NCBI GenBank assembly: GCA_964016885.1
Contig: OZ024740.1
Coordinates: 293,012,001 to 293,076,000, forward strand
From: Eledone cirrhosa
Taxonomy: Eukaryota
Length of the DNA: 64,000 nucleotides
Direction: 5' to 3'
Shown here: in pieces, positions 38,481 to 52,329 of the stretch
Layout: each line of letters starts with the position of its first letter
How positions within the stretch are numbered: the stretch's first letter is position 1
Made by a program: the position numbers and the translations under genes
Notes under the pieces: generated by a model
Seen by the model: only the letters and a program-made list of their open reading frames with translations
Database searches by the model: none
What the model was told of the DNA's origin: nothing

Positions 38481-40268
38481 ACAGGGAGAAAGAGACGATT
38501 GTGAGGAAGAAAAGATTTTTTTTTTCATTTTTTTTTTGTGTTTCTCTCTCTCTCTTTTTCTGGGTTAGAAAATGATTAAAACGAAATGTTTTACTTTGTG
38601 TGAAGTGTTAAGGTATCAGTTGACTTATTTATTATTTAACAATGGCATTTATTTAACTATTTATTACAGCCATGAACAACTCCCTTTCCTCGACATCCTC
38701 ATCAAGAAAACAAGCAACAAAATAGAAACAGACATATACTACAAACCCACAGACTCCAAACAATACCTTCCATTCAACTCGTGCCACCTTAGACACACCA
38801 AAATGGCAATTCCTTATAACCTAGCCAGAAGGATCTGCACAATAGTTTCAGATAAATACACATGCTACACACGACTAGAAGAATTAAAAAAACACACTTA
38901 TCAGCAGAAACTACCCACCATCCCTAATCACCAATGGATTCCAACGTGCCCTAAAACTAGACACCCCAAACCCAGGCGTGAACCGCAACAAAAAACTTTA
39001 CCATACATCTCACACACAACCCCCTCAACAATGAGGCATTCGATACCATCCTCCAGAACATTCCTTTACTAAAAAGAGACCCAAGAATGAACAATATCCT
39101 CCAAACACACAACATCATAAAGAGCAAAAGACAACCCAAAACCATAAAAAACATCCTCACACAAGCCAAAATCCATCAAACCCTCACAATAAACCCTACA
39201 ATAACAAAATGCGGAAGGCCCAACTGTGGCATATGCATAAATCTAATAGAAGGTTCAACATTCCATTTTAAACAAGGACAACGTTTCACAGTTAAACACA
39301 ACTTTACATGTGCATCTGAAAACCTTATCTATGTTTTGACTTGCTCAGGTTGTCAAGAGCACTATATATGACAGACAAAAAACAGTCTCCGAGAACGTAT
39401 GACTGTCCATAAATCACAAATTAAAATACAGGAATACAGAAAGATTGCATTTAGTGAACATATCGCGAACTGTGCTCTCAACCAACTTCCAAACTTTAAA
39501 TTTTTCCCCATTTACAAATTCATAGACAACGCTACTTTCATCCACCGCACCAATAAGGAAACACATTTCATTAATACATTTCAACCACTACTCAATGCCC
39601 TAAAATTCGGACCTTTCTAAAACTGCAACAAACCATCAAACATTTACAAGAGTTACCTCCCTCACACCCTACATAATCCTTTTTCTTAAATAAATTAAAT
39701 ATCACCCAGCAAGAATTGCTTACCCCTGCATATTAACTCTCTAAAAAGGGAAATCATATCAAACCACAGTCCACCATTTGCCTCCTTCACGGAACCATGG
39801 TTCAACTAAACACTCTTGCGTTTTTGAACTGCTTAACTTCAATGACTGTGCTTGTAAATAACATAAACTTTTCTTCCACATTGACTTTTTACGTTCCACA
39901 TTATGCACGTTTTTTTTTTTTCCTTTTTCTTTTTTCTTTTCACTTCTTAAACCTTGTTTGTATATAACATTATTCTTTCTGCACCTTCTGTTTAACATGT
40001 GCGAGACAATACTAATACATTTCAATATCATTTGATAATGCATATAAATGCAGAAACCGGTAATGGACAATAATTAAATATATAAATAGATAAATAAATG
40101 TCATTGTTAAATAATAAATAAATCAACTAAGACCTTAACACTTCACACAAAGTAAAACATTTCGTTTTAATCATTTTCTAACCCAGAAAAAAGAGAGAGA
40201 AACACACACAAAAAAAGGAAAAAAAAAAATTTTTCATCCTCATAATCGTCTCTTTCTCCCTGTTTTCA
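38477..40268 (+). mobile_element. 5'-truncated Neptune-like Penelope element with ~190-bp inverted terminal arms in (TA)n
   Basis: 38477-38663 is the reverse complement of 40083-40268; internal RT-thumb and GIY-YIG coding remnants. Confidence 0.9.
38665..39620 (+). pseudogene. Penelope-like RT C-terminus, Cys linker and GIY-YIG endonuclease (frameshifted)
   Basis: LPFLDILI...TDIYYKPTDSKQYLPFNSCH...IPYNLARRICTIVSD; KCGRPNCGIC; FTCASENLIYVLTCSGCQEHYI*QTKNSLRERMTVH; ETHFINTFQPLLN. Confidence 0.92.
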
Positions 40269-40313
40269 TATATATATATATCCTAACTCGTGTGCCTCCT
40301 CTCCACATTTTAT

Positions 40314-40381
<68 letters not shown>

Positions 40382-40384
<3 letters not shown>

Positions 40385-40538
40385 AAAGTTCTATTTAAGT
40401 TGTTGGGATACAACAAGCAAATATTTTTATAACTGATATAAAGCACTCGACAAGTATTTGGAGTAAATATACGATATTAACAAATGGAAACTATATTTAT
40501 AAATGGTTTTATAAATATAGTTTCCATTTGTTAATATC

Positions 40539-40545
<7 letters not shown>
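40382..40545. mobile_element. Short fold-back of the 7377/47075 family 3' end
   Basis: atatacgatattaacaaatggaaactatatttataaa / tttataaatatagtttccatttgttaatatcgtatat with a tail on the left arm; (TA)n flanks. Confidence 0.8.
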
Positions 40546-40581
<36 letters not shown>

Positions 40582-40677
40582 AGTTTTAAGCTAGTTAGAC
40601 CATTCCTCAACAGAATACTGATTGTTGAGTATGAATATATTAGAAAGACTCAGTTTGGAACTAGCGGTAGAAACATA

Positions 40678-40765
<88 letters not shown>

Positions 40766-41069
40766 ACGTATGTGTGTGTGTGTGCGTGTGTTTTTGTGTG
40801 TATGTCTGTCTGTGTGTGTGTGTATATATATATGTGTGTATATATATATAGAGAGAGAGAGAAAGAAAGAGAGATAGACATAGAAAGAGAGAGAGAGAGT
40901 TTGGAATGTGTGACAGTGTCTGTCTGTGTGTGCGTATGTGTGTGTGTATATACGTGTGCCTGTGTGTGTGTGTGTGTGTGTGTGTGCAACATATGTCTTT
41001 CGTTGACAAGGAACGTGATCATATTTCGAATTTGAAACAGTTACGTCATAACACACTAACACCCACACC

Positions 41070-41114
<45 letters not shown>

Positions 41115-41977
41115 CAGTGCAGAATTATTTCTCCGATACTTTGTGATATGTTCTTCTTCATTAATATTTATAGCTCATCGTTCATTGGACTTCTATTGAA
41201 CGGAAGATAAAATTTATTCAAGGCTCTGTGATCATATTATCACTATGAATTGCATACATAACGAAACTTGTTGTTGTTGTTGTTGTTCTTCTTCTTCTTC
41301 TTCTTCTTTTTCTTCTTCTTCTTCTTCTTCTTCTTCTTCTTTGAAGGATCCTGAGGACAGAGTCCCCATACACTCCTTCTAGAGGATCCTGTCAGAAGCT
41401 ACCATATCCAATTGATTCGGCTAGATACCCAAGCGGGACAAGCCGAGCTTATAGATGTTAATCAACAATGTTACTCAGGGTTTTCCCCATGTGTTTCCTG
41501 TCGGTTGGTTTCGCACGTGAAATCTGTTTAGCGATTCTTTCCTTAGTCATTCTGACCACATGTTCGTAATATCGGAATCATTCAATCGGAATCATTCAAG
41601 TAACGAGGTTAAAATATATTATATCCACAATTATTTAACGTTTTGCTCGTAGAGGTAAATATATATTCTATCTAAAATTACATTTGGTTTTGATTACGAA
41701 GTTAAAATATAGCCAGTTATCTAATAAGTATGGATAAAAGTGCCTTGCTTATGGACACATTACCCGGTCCAGGAATCGAACTTGCAAACATACAATTGTG
41801 AATCTAATTATCTAACCACTACTCCTCCTGCCTTCACATATGATATCCACAATTATATAAGGTTTTGATCACGACGCTAAAATATTATATATACAATTAT
41901 ATAATAGAAATGGATATCCCTCTGTTTCCACGATGACTAGTAAGTTGTTCGAGCATCTAAACTATATTTTTGTTGAA

Positions 41978-42230
41978 TTATCTGCTGCACGTCGGGCTGA
42001 GGAGGCCAAACTCCTCAAATACCGGTCGCTCTCCGACAGGTTTGCGGTTGTACCCCTGGCAGTGGAGACTTCTGGTGTCCTCGGCCCAAGAGCTACCTCC
42101 CTACTCACCACCATAGGCGCTGAGCTGGCCAGCCGTAGGTGTGAGCCCCGCGAGTGTGAGTGACTTTTCCAGCGCGTCTCCTTTGTCGTCCTCCAGGGAA
42201 ACGCCTTCTCCATCCTGTCCGTCGTATTTA
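41978..42230 (+). mobile_element. CRE-clade LINE C-terminal fragment
   Basis: SAARRAEEAKLLKYRSL...VVPLAVETSGVLGP...E*LFQRVSFVVLQGNAFSIL. Confidence 0.85.
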
Positions 42231-43060
42231 AGTATGGTCAATGAAGAATATGTGCCAATAGCCGGCTGTGGTTGGATTTCAGGTACTTTTGAATGTCGCT
42301 TATATGTATATAGCTGCTTTTCTTCAGTCATTCTATACGAGGAAATGCTTGACGAAAACAACACATATATAAGTTAATGAGTAAGTTGCTCGTAAGTGAC
42401 AGATTGGTTGACAATCACATGTAAAATTCATGTGTGACAAGGCTTGAACTTTGAATTACAGGCGAACGCCATCTGATGAGCTTCCCTATTTGTTTTCATT
42501 AACAACTGTTACACACAAATGTTGGGTCTACCCGAGTCTGTGGTAGAATACACTTGCCCAATGGCAGTGGAAGTGATCACAAAACTTCGTGATTTTGAAG
42601 TGAATTTCATACCTATTTATTTCATACGAAGTCTAAATACTCACTAAATTATCTTTAGATAACCTTTTATGTGTATATACGTAAGTAGTGGCCATAACAA
42701 CTTTACTCTATAAACTATAATTAATAATGCATTTATTTTAGATACACTTTTGAACCAATTAAATATTTCCAAGGTTTTCTCTAAACGATGTTTTATATTG
42801 ATATACATTAGCTTCAATTGAAAACTCTTTTTACATTAATATTAAATTATTTAAAGGAATGTTGATTGATTTCATCTTCAGTAAAATCCACAACTCATCG
42901 TTGAAGTGCTATTGAATGATATCATATGAATTATTCAGTAATCTTTGTCCATATTATTACTATCGATTATATGAATAGCGAGGATTTAAATATATAGAGG
43001 CATCTTTCTCTCACTTTCTCTTTCTCCTTCTCTTCTTTCTTTCTCTCTCTCCCTACCCCC

Positions 43061-43130
<70 letters not shown>

Positions 43131-43144
43131 TACATATATATATT

Positions 43145-43338
43145 TGTTAAAATAACAGATTAAAGTTTAAGCAATGTATCGCTGCTTACCGTTAAGGGTG
43201 AAAGCAGCGATTCTTTGCTTAAACTTTAATCTGTTATTTTAATAAATATTTGCTCTACGGTTCTTATATATTTGATATATATTTATCCTTATCGAGCCCT
43301 CTTTGGATTTTAGTCTTCAAATTTATTATTATTACTAT
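43145..43338. mobile_element. Fold-back of the CAGAAGA-hammerhead family, turn at stem II
   Basis: ttaaaataacagattaaagtttaagcaa..atcgctgctt [accgttaagggtga] aagcagcgattctttgcttaaactttaatctgttattttaa, then the tail. Confidence 0.8.
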
Positions 43339-43396
43339 ACATATATATATATATATTTCCCTTATCTCTTTCTCCCTCTCCCCCACCTATCTCTGC

Positions 43397-43470
<74 letters not shown>

Positions 43471-43812
43471 TAACCTACGATTAAACAACAACAGCAATTT
43501 CTAAGATCTAATAGAAACCATCTACTTAGAATTTAAATACAATCCGAATAAGAATTCTTTCTATTCACTTCAATAGATTACACCTGGACGAGCGAATACT
43601 GAATAAGCTAGAAAATAAATTACCACATAGAAATTGAGTTGCTTAAATAGGAGACGAAATAGTTATGAATATAATAACTCCTCTACTATTTAAATAGGAG
43701 ACGAAATTGCAGTCATATGAATGTTACGCAGTTATATATGTAATAAGTTATATTAATAGTTATATAACTCTTTATAGAAATCTCTCACCAATTGCAATTA
43801 TTATGCAGCAGG

Positions 43813-43926
<114 letters not shown>

Positions 43927-44082
43927 CATACTTCCTTCATCATTATCATCGTTTAACGTCTATTTTCCAGTCTAGCATGGGCTAGACGAGTTGTCTTTTT
44001 GTGAGATAGGCCATGTCAGGTGATCATGTTATGCTCATACAGAACTGATTTTGGCTTGGTTTCTACTGCTGGGTGCCCTTCC

Positions 44083-44167
<85 letters not shown>

Positions 44168-44550
44168 ATGAGTATTCCACTATTACTTTTGGTAACGTGA
44201 GAGACGCTCAATGCACACTAAAAGTCCTCAAGGTGTAAGGAATTCAAAATGGACGAAATTATCTTTGAAAGTTAAAGATCATATTGTTGAGGAGAGTATT
44301 ACTACCTGAACATAAATATTTAAAATGTTGACCTTGCTTTTCTTCATTATATATATATATAAAGCATCCGAAGTTTGAAAGCCATGATAATGCAAGTTTG
44401 GACAGAGAATAATTAAATCGGGCTTGTTTTGTTAAGATTTAAGTATCTTCCGTCCAAACCTGCATTGGCGTAGCTTTCAAACTTCGAATTCTATATACTA
44501 TATACAATGTTTCAAGTAAACTACAAATTTCTTATATATCAATATATATA

Positions 44551-44705
44551 CAGAAGATCCCGTTAAGGGCGAAAGCAGCGATTCTTTGCTTAAACTTTAA
44601 TCTGTTATTTTAATAAATATTTTCTCTACGGTTGTTATATATTTGATATATATTTATCCTTATCGAGCCCTCTTTGGATTTTAGTTTTCAAATTTATTAT
44701 TATGA

Positions 44706-44708
<3 letters not shown>
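44551..44708 (+). mobile_element. CAGAAGA-hammerhead family 3' end starting exactly at core position C3
   Basis: CAGAAGA tccc gttaa gggc GAAAGCA...TGCTT AAACT followed by the family tail. Confidence 0.75.
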
Positions 44709-44804
<96 letters not shown>

Positions 44805-45014
44805 TGTGTGTGTGTGTGTGTGTATATTACTTAACAAAAGAGGTCATCCATGGGCGTACACAATTTCGACCCACTTCAACGGTACTGCTGGTTCATCAGT
44901 TGTCACTGTGGCTAACGAAGAGACAAAAGCTCTTCTTGGAGTATTAAAATGAAACAAAACACAACTTACGTGTATAGAATTAAATGTGCGACTGAAGAAC
45001 ATGCATACAAACAT

Positions 45015-45290
45015 CCATGATGGCTGCAAACTCGTGTTCGAGCATTGCCATCGCCCGATAAAATGCTCAAAAATGTAAGGCACGAATGTGGCTCTTTAAA
45101 CCAGCCAAAGACTTTCACCCTCCGACACTTTCCATTGCTTTGTTCTGGCTGTGTGTTCTCGTGTGTCTTTTAAGACCTCCCATGCTAGCACATTCCTTGC
45201 CACATTCCTTACACCTTTTCAGATCATAGTCTACATGAGGTCAATTGATATGACTTTGTTCGTGTCTAGTCAAACCAGCTTTGCTCATGC
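45015..45290 (-). mobile_element. RTE-clade 3' end
   Basis: GGLKRHTRTH and KSLAGLKSHIR finger remnants; ends ctcgaacacgag...gcagccatcatg. Confidence 0.65.
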
Positions 45291-45330
45291 ATACATACAT
45301 ACATATATTCATACATACACACATATATAC

Positions 45331-45610
45331 ATTCCAAAAATTCTGCATGTAATAACTGCATATATACATGTACAGATATAAAACATATGCACATGTACAC
45401 ATGTAACTCAATATATACATATACACAAACATCCACACAAACAATATAACAATAATATCCATACATGCACACACGCACTCATGCAGACATACATACATAT
45501 TTACCTAGCTGATGTATCTAAATTCCAATGAAAGAGTCTTGTGTGTATGTTAGAAACCAACTCTCTCTCTCTATTGGTAAAGATTTATAAAATTATTAAA
45601 CCAGAAGAAC
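45331..45610 (+). mobile_element. 3' UTR of the R4-like LINE family
   Basis: Matches 20318-20567; embedded in (CATA)n. Confidence 0.8.
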
Positions 45611-46145
45611 ATGCATTCAAACATACATACATACGTACACACATACATACATACATACATACATACATACATACATACATACACACAGACATACATGCGT
45701 ACATACATACACACATACATACATACACATAAACATACATACATACGTACATACGTACACACATACATACATACATACATACATGCATACATACATACAC
45801 ACATACATACACACATACATACATACATACACACATACACACATACATACAGACGTACATATATACACACATACATACATACATAATGTACACTAACGTG
45901 TTTTTGGTTTTGTAAAATTTAAATCATTTTGACATAATCTATTTAGGATTAGCTGAAGAGATTAATGGGATCTCAACCTTCGTGCTATTAGAAAGATGTC
46001 GGCTTACCGAGTAATCAATAAACACATTCTATCTTTATCTTTACGCCAATTTACTCTAATCACTATTCTATAAAATACTCTCTTTTAAATTCTCTTCTCT
46101 TTTAATGTATATCTTTGGTCTGTTATTAAAAACCACCATATACTC

Positions 46146-46265
46146 TGACGTCAGTACAACTCTATAGTAATACATCGTATTAAAAGCACCATATTCTCTG
46201 ACGTCATTGCAACTGTATAGTAATCCATCGTAAGAGAAGCAGGAGAGGAGAAACAGTTATAAAAG
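46146..46265 (+). promoter_or_regulatory. Candidate promoter: two perfect CRE palindromes plus TATA box
   Basis: TGACGTCA at 46146-46153 and 46199-46206, TATAAAAG at 46258-46265, possible donor AAG|GTTTGT at 46348. Confidence 0.4.
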
Positions 46266-47118
46266 AAGATAGTAGGAAACGACAATAAGATTTGGTTATG
46301 TCGCACACAGAACACGATAGTCGTGAGATATAAACTGCAAATATAAGGTTTGTGTAGGGAAATGAGAACTACGGAAATGGTATAGAGATGCAATGAATTA
46401 AAAATCGTGACAAATCTAGATTAAGATATTGTAATTTTTGCTTGACATTGAGTGTTAATATGCTTAATATTATTTCCATCAACACATGCTAAAATTCATA
46501 TGATTGTTATTTGAAAGACGTTGTTGTGTAGAGAATAGACAGATAAAATTATTTTTCATGTCATCAAAGAGTTCAAATCAGGACTTTTAAATATATAAAT
46601 ATAAACTGTTAAACAAAACTTGAACCAAGGCTCGAATTTTTTGTTCATTTATTTTTTATTCATAAATGCTTTGCTAACTTGTATGCATGTAACTTGTGTA
46701 CACTAAATCAAGATGGTATAAAGAAGAAGATACAGAATAAAGGAGAGATACAAAATAACAAATGTAGTCAACCATTCACAGAATGTGTGACGAAAGAGTT
46801 TTGACAACTAAATAACCATCCGGTTATTAAACTAACCGACTGGGAGTTTATAATAAATTGAAGTGAAACCCAACAGATGCGTGCGTTTTTATAGGTACAA
46901 TGACTCCCTATAAAAATATCTGTTTCAACACATGTTTTTAGATAAGAAATCATATTTAGTCCATTATATCAATAATCTATCTAAACATAATGACATGGAA
47001 CTTGAACAGAAAATATACTACACACACACATATATATATATATATGTATATATGCATATATATATATATATATATACAATATTAAATAAATGGAAAACTA
47101 TATTTATAAAACCATATT

Positions 47119-47184
47119 TATTTCATTATATATATTTCGGGGATATCATATTAACAATATGCTATGCCTTCATCAGACAAAATA
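47119..47184 (-). ncRNA. Type I hammerhead motif (AUA site)
   Basis: tattttgt-CTGATGA-aggcatagCATATTg ttAATATGatatcccc-GAAA T ATAT A TA-atgaaata. Confidence 0.7.
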
Positions 47185-48038
47185 CAATATAAACAGTTTT
47201 ATAGATAAATAGATTCGACATACCGTTATAACACCGACTTCATTTGAAGAGGTTTACGCTGGCTGTGAAAAAATTTTACACAGAGAGAAAGAAAAAGAGA
47301 GAAAACAGAAAGAAAGACAGAAAACGAAGAAAAGGAAGAAAAAGAAGAGAAAGAGGAAATGCATGGAACAAAATAGAGAGATGGAAAGATAGATAAAGCG
47401 AAGAACTTCATGTAAAGAAACAGAAAGAGATATATATATATAGAGAGAGAGGAAATAGAGATAGATACATATATATATATATAGAAAATTAGGTAGTGGG
47501 AGGTCATTTTGACTAAATGTATCAATGATACGTTTATTTATTTATTTATTTATTTAGCTCAAGTATTAATGTAAGGGAGATATATATAGAGAGAAAAAAA
47601 TATAGAGAGAGGAAAAAATAGCGAGAGAAAAAAAAAATTTAAAAATAGCCAGATATATTCGAGGCGTAGAAACCCTATGTTTTAATGTATTAGTATTTAT
47701 AAAATTTACACTATATTGTAAATATCAGTATTCCTGAATGAGACAAGTATCTATAATGTGTGAAAATTAATTATCTTATGTTTAGTTTTAAAAAAATTCA
47801 TATGTTTATGTGACAGCTACAAACATCCATGCGAATCCAACTGATTCACTCTGCAAACTCTAAGTTCACGGAAAACATTCTCAATGTGGTATAAAAATTT
47901 GAGCATACAAATATGTGTATTATTATTCCTGTCATTACTCTACAAGATTATCTATCAAGCAGAAGTAGAGAGCAGATTTCAATATACTAAAAAAATATAT
48001 ATCATAAACAAAACTAAAAATAAAAAGATAACAATAAT

Positions 48039-48220
48039 AATTGTTTCTACTTTTGGCACAAGGCCAGCAATTACCCAGTGCATTACTGGTACTTTATTTT
48101 ATCGACCCCGTAAGGATGAAAGGCAAAGTCAACCTCGGCGGGATTTGAACTCAGATCGTAAAGGGACGTAACTATGCTGGAAAGCATGGCGTCCGACCCT
48201 CTACCGATACTGCCAATCCA
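48039..48220 (-). mobile_element. tRNA-derived SINE inserted in a Penelope 3' UTR
   Basis: Same young family. Further minus copies at 49419-49530 (partial) and 51111-51298 (diverged). Confidence 0.9.
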
Positions 48221-48786
48221 AAGTAAAAATATAGAATAGAAAACTAAAAAAATTAAAAAATATTACGAAAGAATATTACATAATAAAAATATTATATATT
48301 AAACATACTACGTATTAAAAAATATTACGTATTAAAAATTTACATATTAAAGATATTAAAAATACAATAAAAATAAAAAATATTATAGAATACTACAATA
48401 ATAAAAATAAAAATAAAAATACATCACAAAGATCAACCCTTCAAAGTTAATTGACAATATATTGCCAAGTTCTTTACAAGACAAAGCCAAAAATTATCTA
48501 TCAAATCACATCTAGCAAAGATCATTTCAAAAAGATTATGATGTCCAATTAGGTCTATATATGTTCTTATATTTAATATAGAAGTTTATCTAGTGTAAGG
48601 TTTATTCAAAAAATTTGGAGCATCAGCTTTTAGGGTAGCTTATTTTTCATGAGGAATGTTTAGATAAAAAAAAAAATAAATAAAAAAATAAACAATAAAA
48701 AGAGAGTAAAAAGAAGGAATCAAAGATTTAGGAATCAAAAATTTATCGGCTAGTTTCCCATATAAATATAAATCAAACTAAATATA

Positions 48787-49164
48787 CTACATTTTAAATT
48801 TAAATTTATATTTAAACGTTGAGTTTAATCTATGTTTGCAACAACTGAATAAATTTGTCCGTAGGTTAAGGGAATTTTTAGATTTTAGTATAAAGAATAT
48901 CTCCTCTGCGCAGAGGTCACATGTCTCAGAGGATGAATTAAAAGGAATCCCTCTTGAGACTATATTCCAAGCCGTCGAATATCTAACGTTATCTAGCTTA
49001 AGTTGCCAGAGTACGCCTGATAGTGCCGTTGAAGATTTTTTACTTGGATCTGTGAAAGAATTCTTGTGGTTATTATAGCGAAGTTTAAATTCCGTCGATG
49101 TGGAACCGACGTAGTTAAAAGAATTAGAGTCAGTATTAACATTACAATTGTATACTATATTTTT
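48787..49164 (-). pseudogene. GIY-YIG endonuclease domain, uninterrupted 125 aa without start codon
   Basis: KNIVYNCNVNTDSNSFNYVGSTSTEFKLRYNNHKNSF...TALSGVLWQLK...WNIV...TCDLCAEE...LNLRTNLFSCCKH...*; homologous to the 12326-12720 region. Confidence 0.9.
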
Positions 49165-49251
49165 AAAATATACTCCAAATATTTGTCGAGTGCTTTTATA
49201 CCAGTTATAAATATTTACTAGTTGTAACCCAACAATTTTAAATATAACTTT

Positions 49252-49375
<124 letters not shown>

Positions 49376-50030
49376 ATTGTATAATATGATATGCTATAAT
49401 ATAATATAATATAATATAATTGTTTCTACTTTTGGCACAAGGCCAGCAATTACCCAGTGCATTACTGGTACTTTATTTTATCGACCCCGTAAGGATGAAA
49501 GGCAAAGTTAACCTCGGTGGGATTTGAACTCATAATATAATTAAAAGATAATTAAGTTATTTACTATACTTTAAGGGGTCAATATAATTTAATATAATAT
49601 TAGAGCCTGATATGTTACCAACAACTGAAATGCATTAAATACTTGACTTTTTCTATCATTTATATAGGCTAACGAAATGAGTGAGGGCGGTGTCGCCGAG
49701 ACTTATGCGAGGATTTTCTTTGACCAAAACCCTATCCTATATATTTGCTACAGAGCCGACAACGCTATATGTAGCAGTGAGGAATTTTCCATTTACTAAG
49801 GCTACAACGTAGTGTAATGAAACGGAAACAACGTACATGCAAAGCAAATAACCTATCTATGAAGCCATGATTGCGCCCAGGTCTAGTAGATTTAGCATTC
49901 CACCTGGTTTAATACCACCTCCTTGCCATTTTGTGGTTTTAGCGAAATTCATACGTTTGTAGATATTTTGATTTAGACCTCTAAATCATCCTCCACTCTC
50001 GATGTTGATGCAGACTTTGACTTATACAGC

Positions 50031-50200
50031 TTTAGGCTAATTAACAACGGTATCAATCTTATTAGCCTGGGGATCAACAATATCAATCTTATCATGTTGG
50101 GGATCAACTGCATCACTCTTGTTAGGCTGTGAATCAACTGAATCACTCTTATCAGGTACTGTAGTTAGCGCATCAATATTTCAAGACTGAGGATAAACTG
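50031..50200. repeat. Degenerate 30-bp minisatellite, ~5-6 copies
   Basis: Period 30; consensus approximately ggatcaactgcatcactcttatcaggctgg. Confidence 0.85.
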
Positions 50201-52228
50201 CCTATTTTTCAATTAATCTCAGCATTGGCATTGCTTCTCCTATTCTGAATAAATTATTTAAGTTTCATTTTCGTACAGAAATTGTTTGACAATAACAATT
50301 TGACAAGTTTTGATAATGTCTTGCTTTTTTAATTTTAAAAGAAAATAGAAGCTGAATCACAAATTATATTTCTCTATATTAGATGTAGTAATATTGACTT
50401 TCTAAAGCTGTTAGCTCATACAGACATACAATTTTAGACATACAATTTATACAAGCTATTTTTCTATTTCCAACTATGAATTATAAGTGAAACAACAATG
50501 ATAAATTCCACATATACCTAGTGATGGAATTTTAACCTGTCTGATATCAGGAGATATATAGATAGTTTAGTAGAAAATATAACAATTTCCCATAAACTAT
50601 GGTTGTATTTTTTCTATTATACGTTTTCATCAGGTTTTACTGCGTTTTTGCCTCAGTTACGTTTATAAAATGTCAACATGTTTTCTAATCAAGTTCGTAT
50701 AAGATGTTTTTTTTTTTGCATTTTATATAGTAGACTTCTGTGACCAATAAAGAAACCATTTTTACATATAGTTTCATTATTATTTTATTTGATATTAAAG
50801 AATATATCAACATACACTATCTAAACTATATAAGTGAGGTACCAGTTCTGTAATTTCTAAAGCAATAATAATAAAACGAAGAAGACTTTTAATCGATACA
50901 TTACTGCAAATAAAATTCTTTCGGAAAAGAAAGCTGTATAAGATACGCAAACTACATTAGTTATTGACAAATATTATTTCTTTTACTTTTTACTTCTGCG
51001 AATACAGGAAGCAGTTTTGAATGTTTACATCTTACAAGACCTCCTACCCGAAGCACAGCCATCACAGTAATTGCTGAACGAGCGATAGAATAACCAAAGG
51101 AATGTAAAATAATTGCTTCTACTTTTGGTATAAGGCTAGCGATTACCCCAGTGCATGACTGGTGCTTTATTTTATCTAGCCCGTAAGGATGAAAGACAAA
51201 ATTAACCGCGGCGGGATTTGAACTCAGAACGTAAAGGGTGATAACTTTATGCTGCAAAGAATGGTGTCTGATGTTCTATCCATTCTGCCAATCTACCGAA
51301 TAATGTAAATTTGTTTGTGTAAGGAAATATAAACGTTCAGTGAATACATTTCCCTTAGACGCCATCTGCAATAAAACATAACAGTTAAATTAGATTTGAC
51401 ATATATAATGCAGTGTGCATCAAAAGGCTAAAACAAAGCGAAACGTGCAATTTAGACCCAATCTTGAAGAAAATAAACACGTACGAAAGAAATGAAAATT
51501 GAACCTATGTTTCTTGGTTGCCGCCATTATGAGATGAGCCCCATACTATGTGGGATCAATAGGAAATGGTATTTATCAACCAGTCTTTGTATACCAACAC
51601 ACATTGATATTTGAGACCATTTTAATTACATGTGCAATTCGTATTTCAATTGTTTGGTGTCATTTCACTATGACTTGATTAGATATCTTTTCTTTCGCCG
51701 AGTGAGTATTTAAAACGTTGCTCGAACTGTTAAAATTAGCAGCCAAATCTCCCTGACGTTTTATTTTCTTTACCACCGAGAAAGATCCAGATAGTACAAC
51801 TAATATTATCCCCTACTAATGAGCCAATAGCGTTAATAACCCAGTTATGGAAACTTCCAAGATGTGAAAAGAGAAAGTGGAAATCTAGAAATGGTACATC
51901 ATGGTATACAAAAATATCTGAAATCAACGAAAAATGTAAATTATATGCAATACATATATTGCTAGTTAAGGATGTGAGATAGATATCTAACAATAGGCAT
52001 AATTATATCAGGAGGTAAAAGAATGACAAAATCAAGGCAAAAATAAAGCTTACTTCGAAAGAATAATAGATATAATGAATCAATGAACATTAGTATTACT
52101 TCTTACATGAGCCAACGAGAAAACCACATGGACTGCCAGAGATGACAGCCGAATTCTTCTCAAAATAATACACATTACCCTCTTTTAAAATGTATACATT
52201 AAATAATGTAGTCCTGCGTACTCTTCAT

Positions 52229-52325
52229 ACGAGGATAGGCTGAACAGTTCATAGGTTGACTATCAAGAAGTGATGCTTGAGATGGGAAGTCTTGCAGGTA
52301 TTAATTTCAAATCTTCATATTAATA
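52229..52325 (+). mobile_element. Possible Tc1/mariner-type terminal fragment
   Basis: TA|CGAGG...ctgaacagttcatagg resembles mariner TIR starts; partner TIR not found. Confidence 0.3.
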
Positions 52326-52329
52326 TCTT

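Noticed and set aside
39369-39371. In-frame TGA in the GIY-YIG motif as possible selenocysteine or read-through
   Set aside because: Falls on the conserved Gly of YIG (GGA>TGA) in a copy that also has frameshifts; simple decay. The TGA at 12506 likewise replaces Trp.
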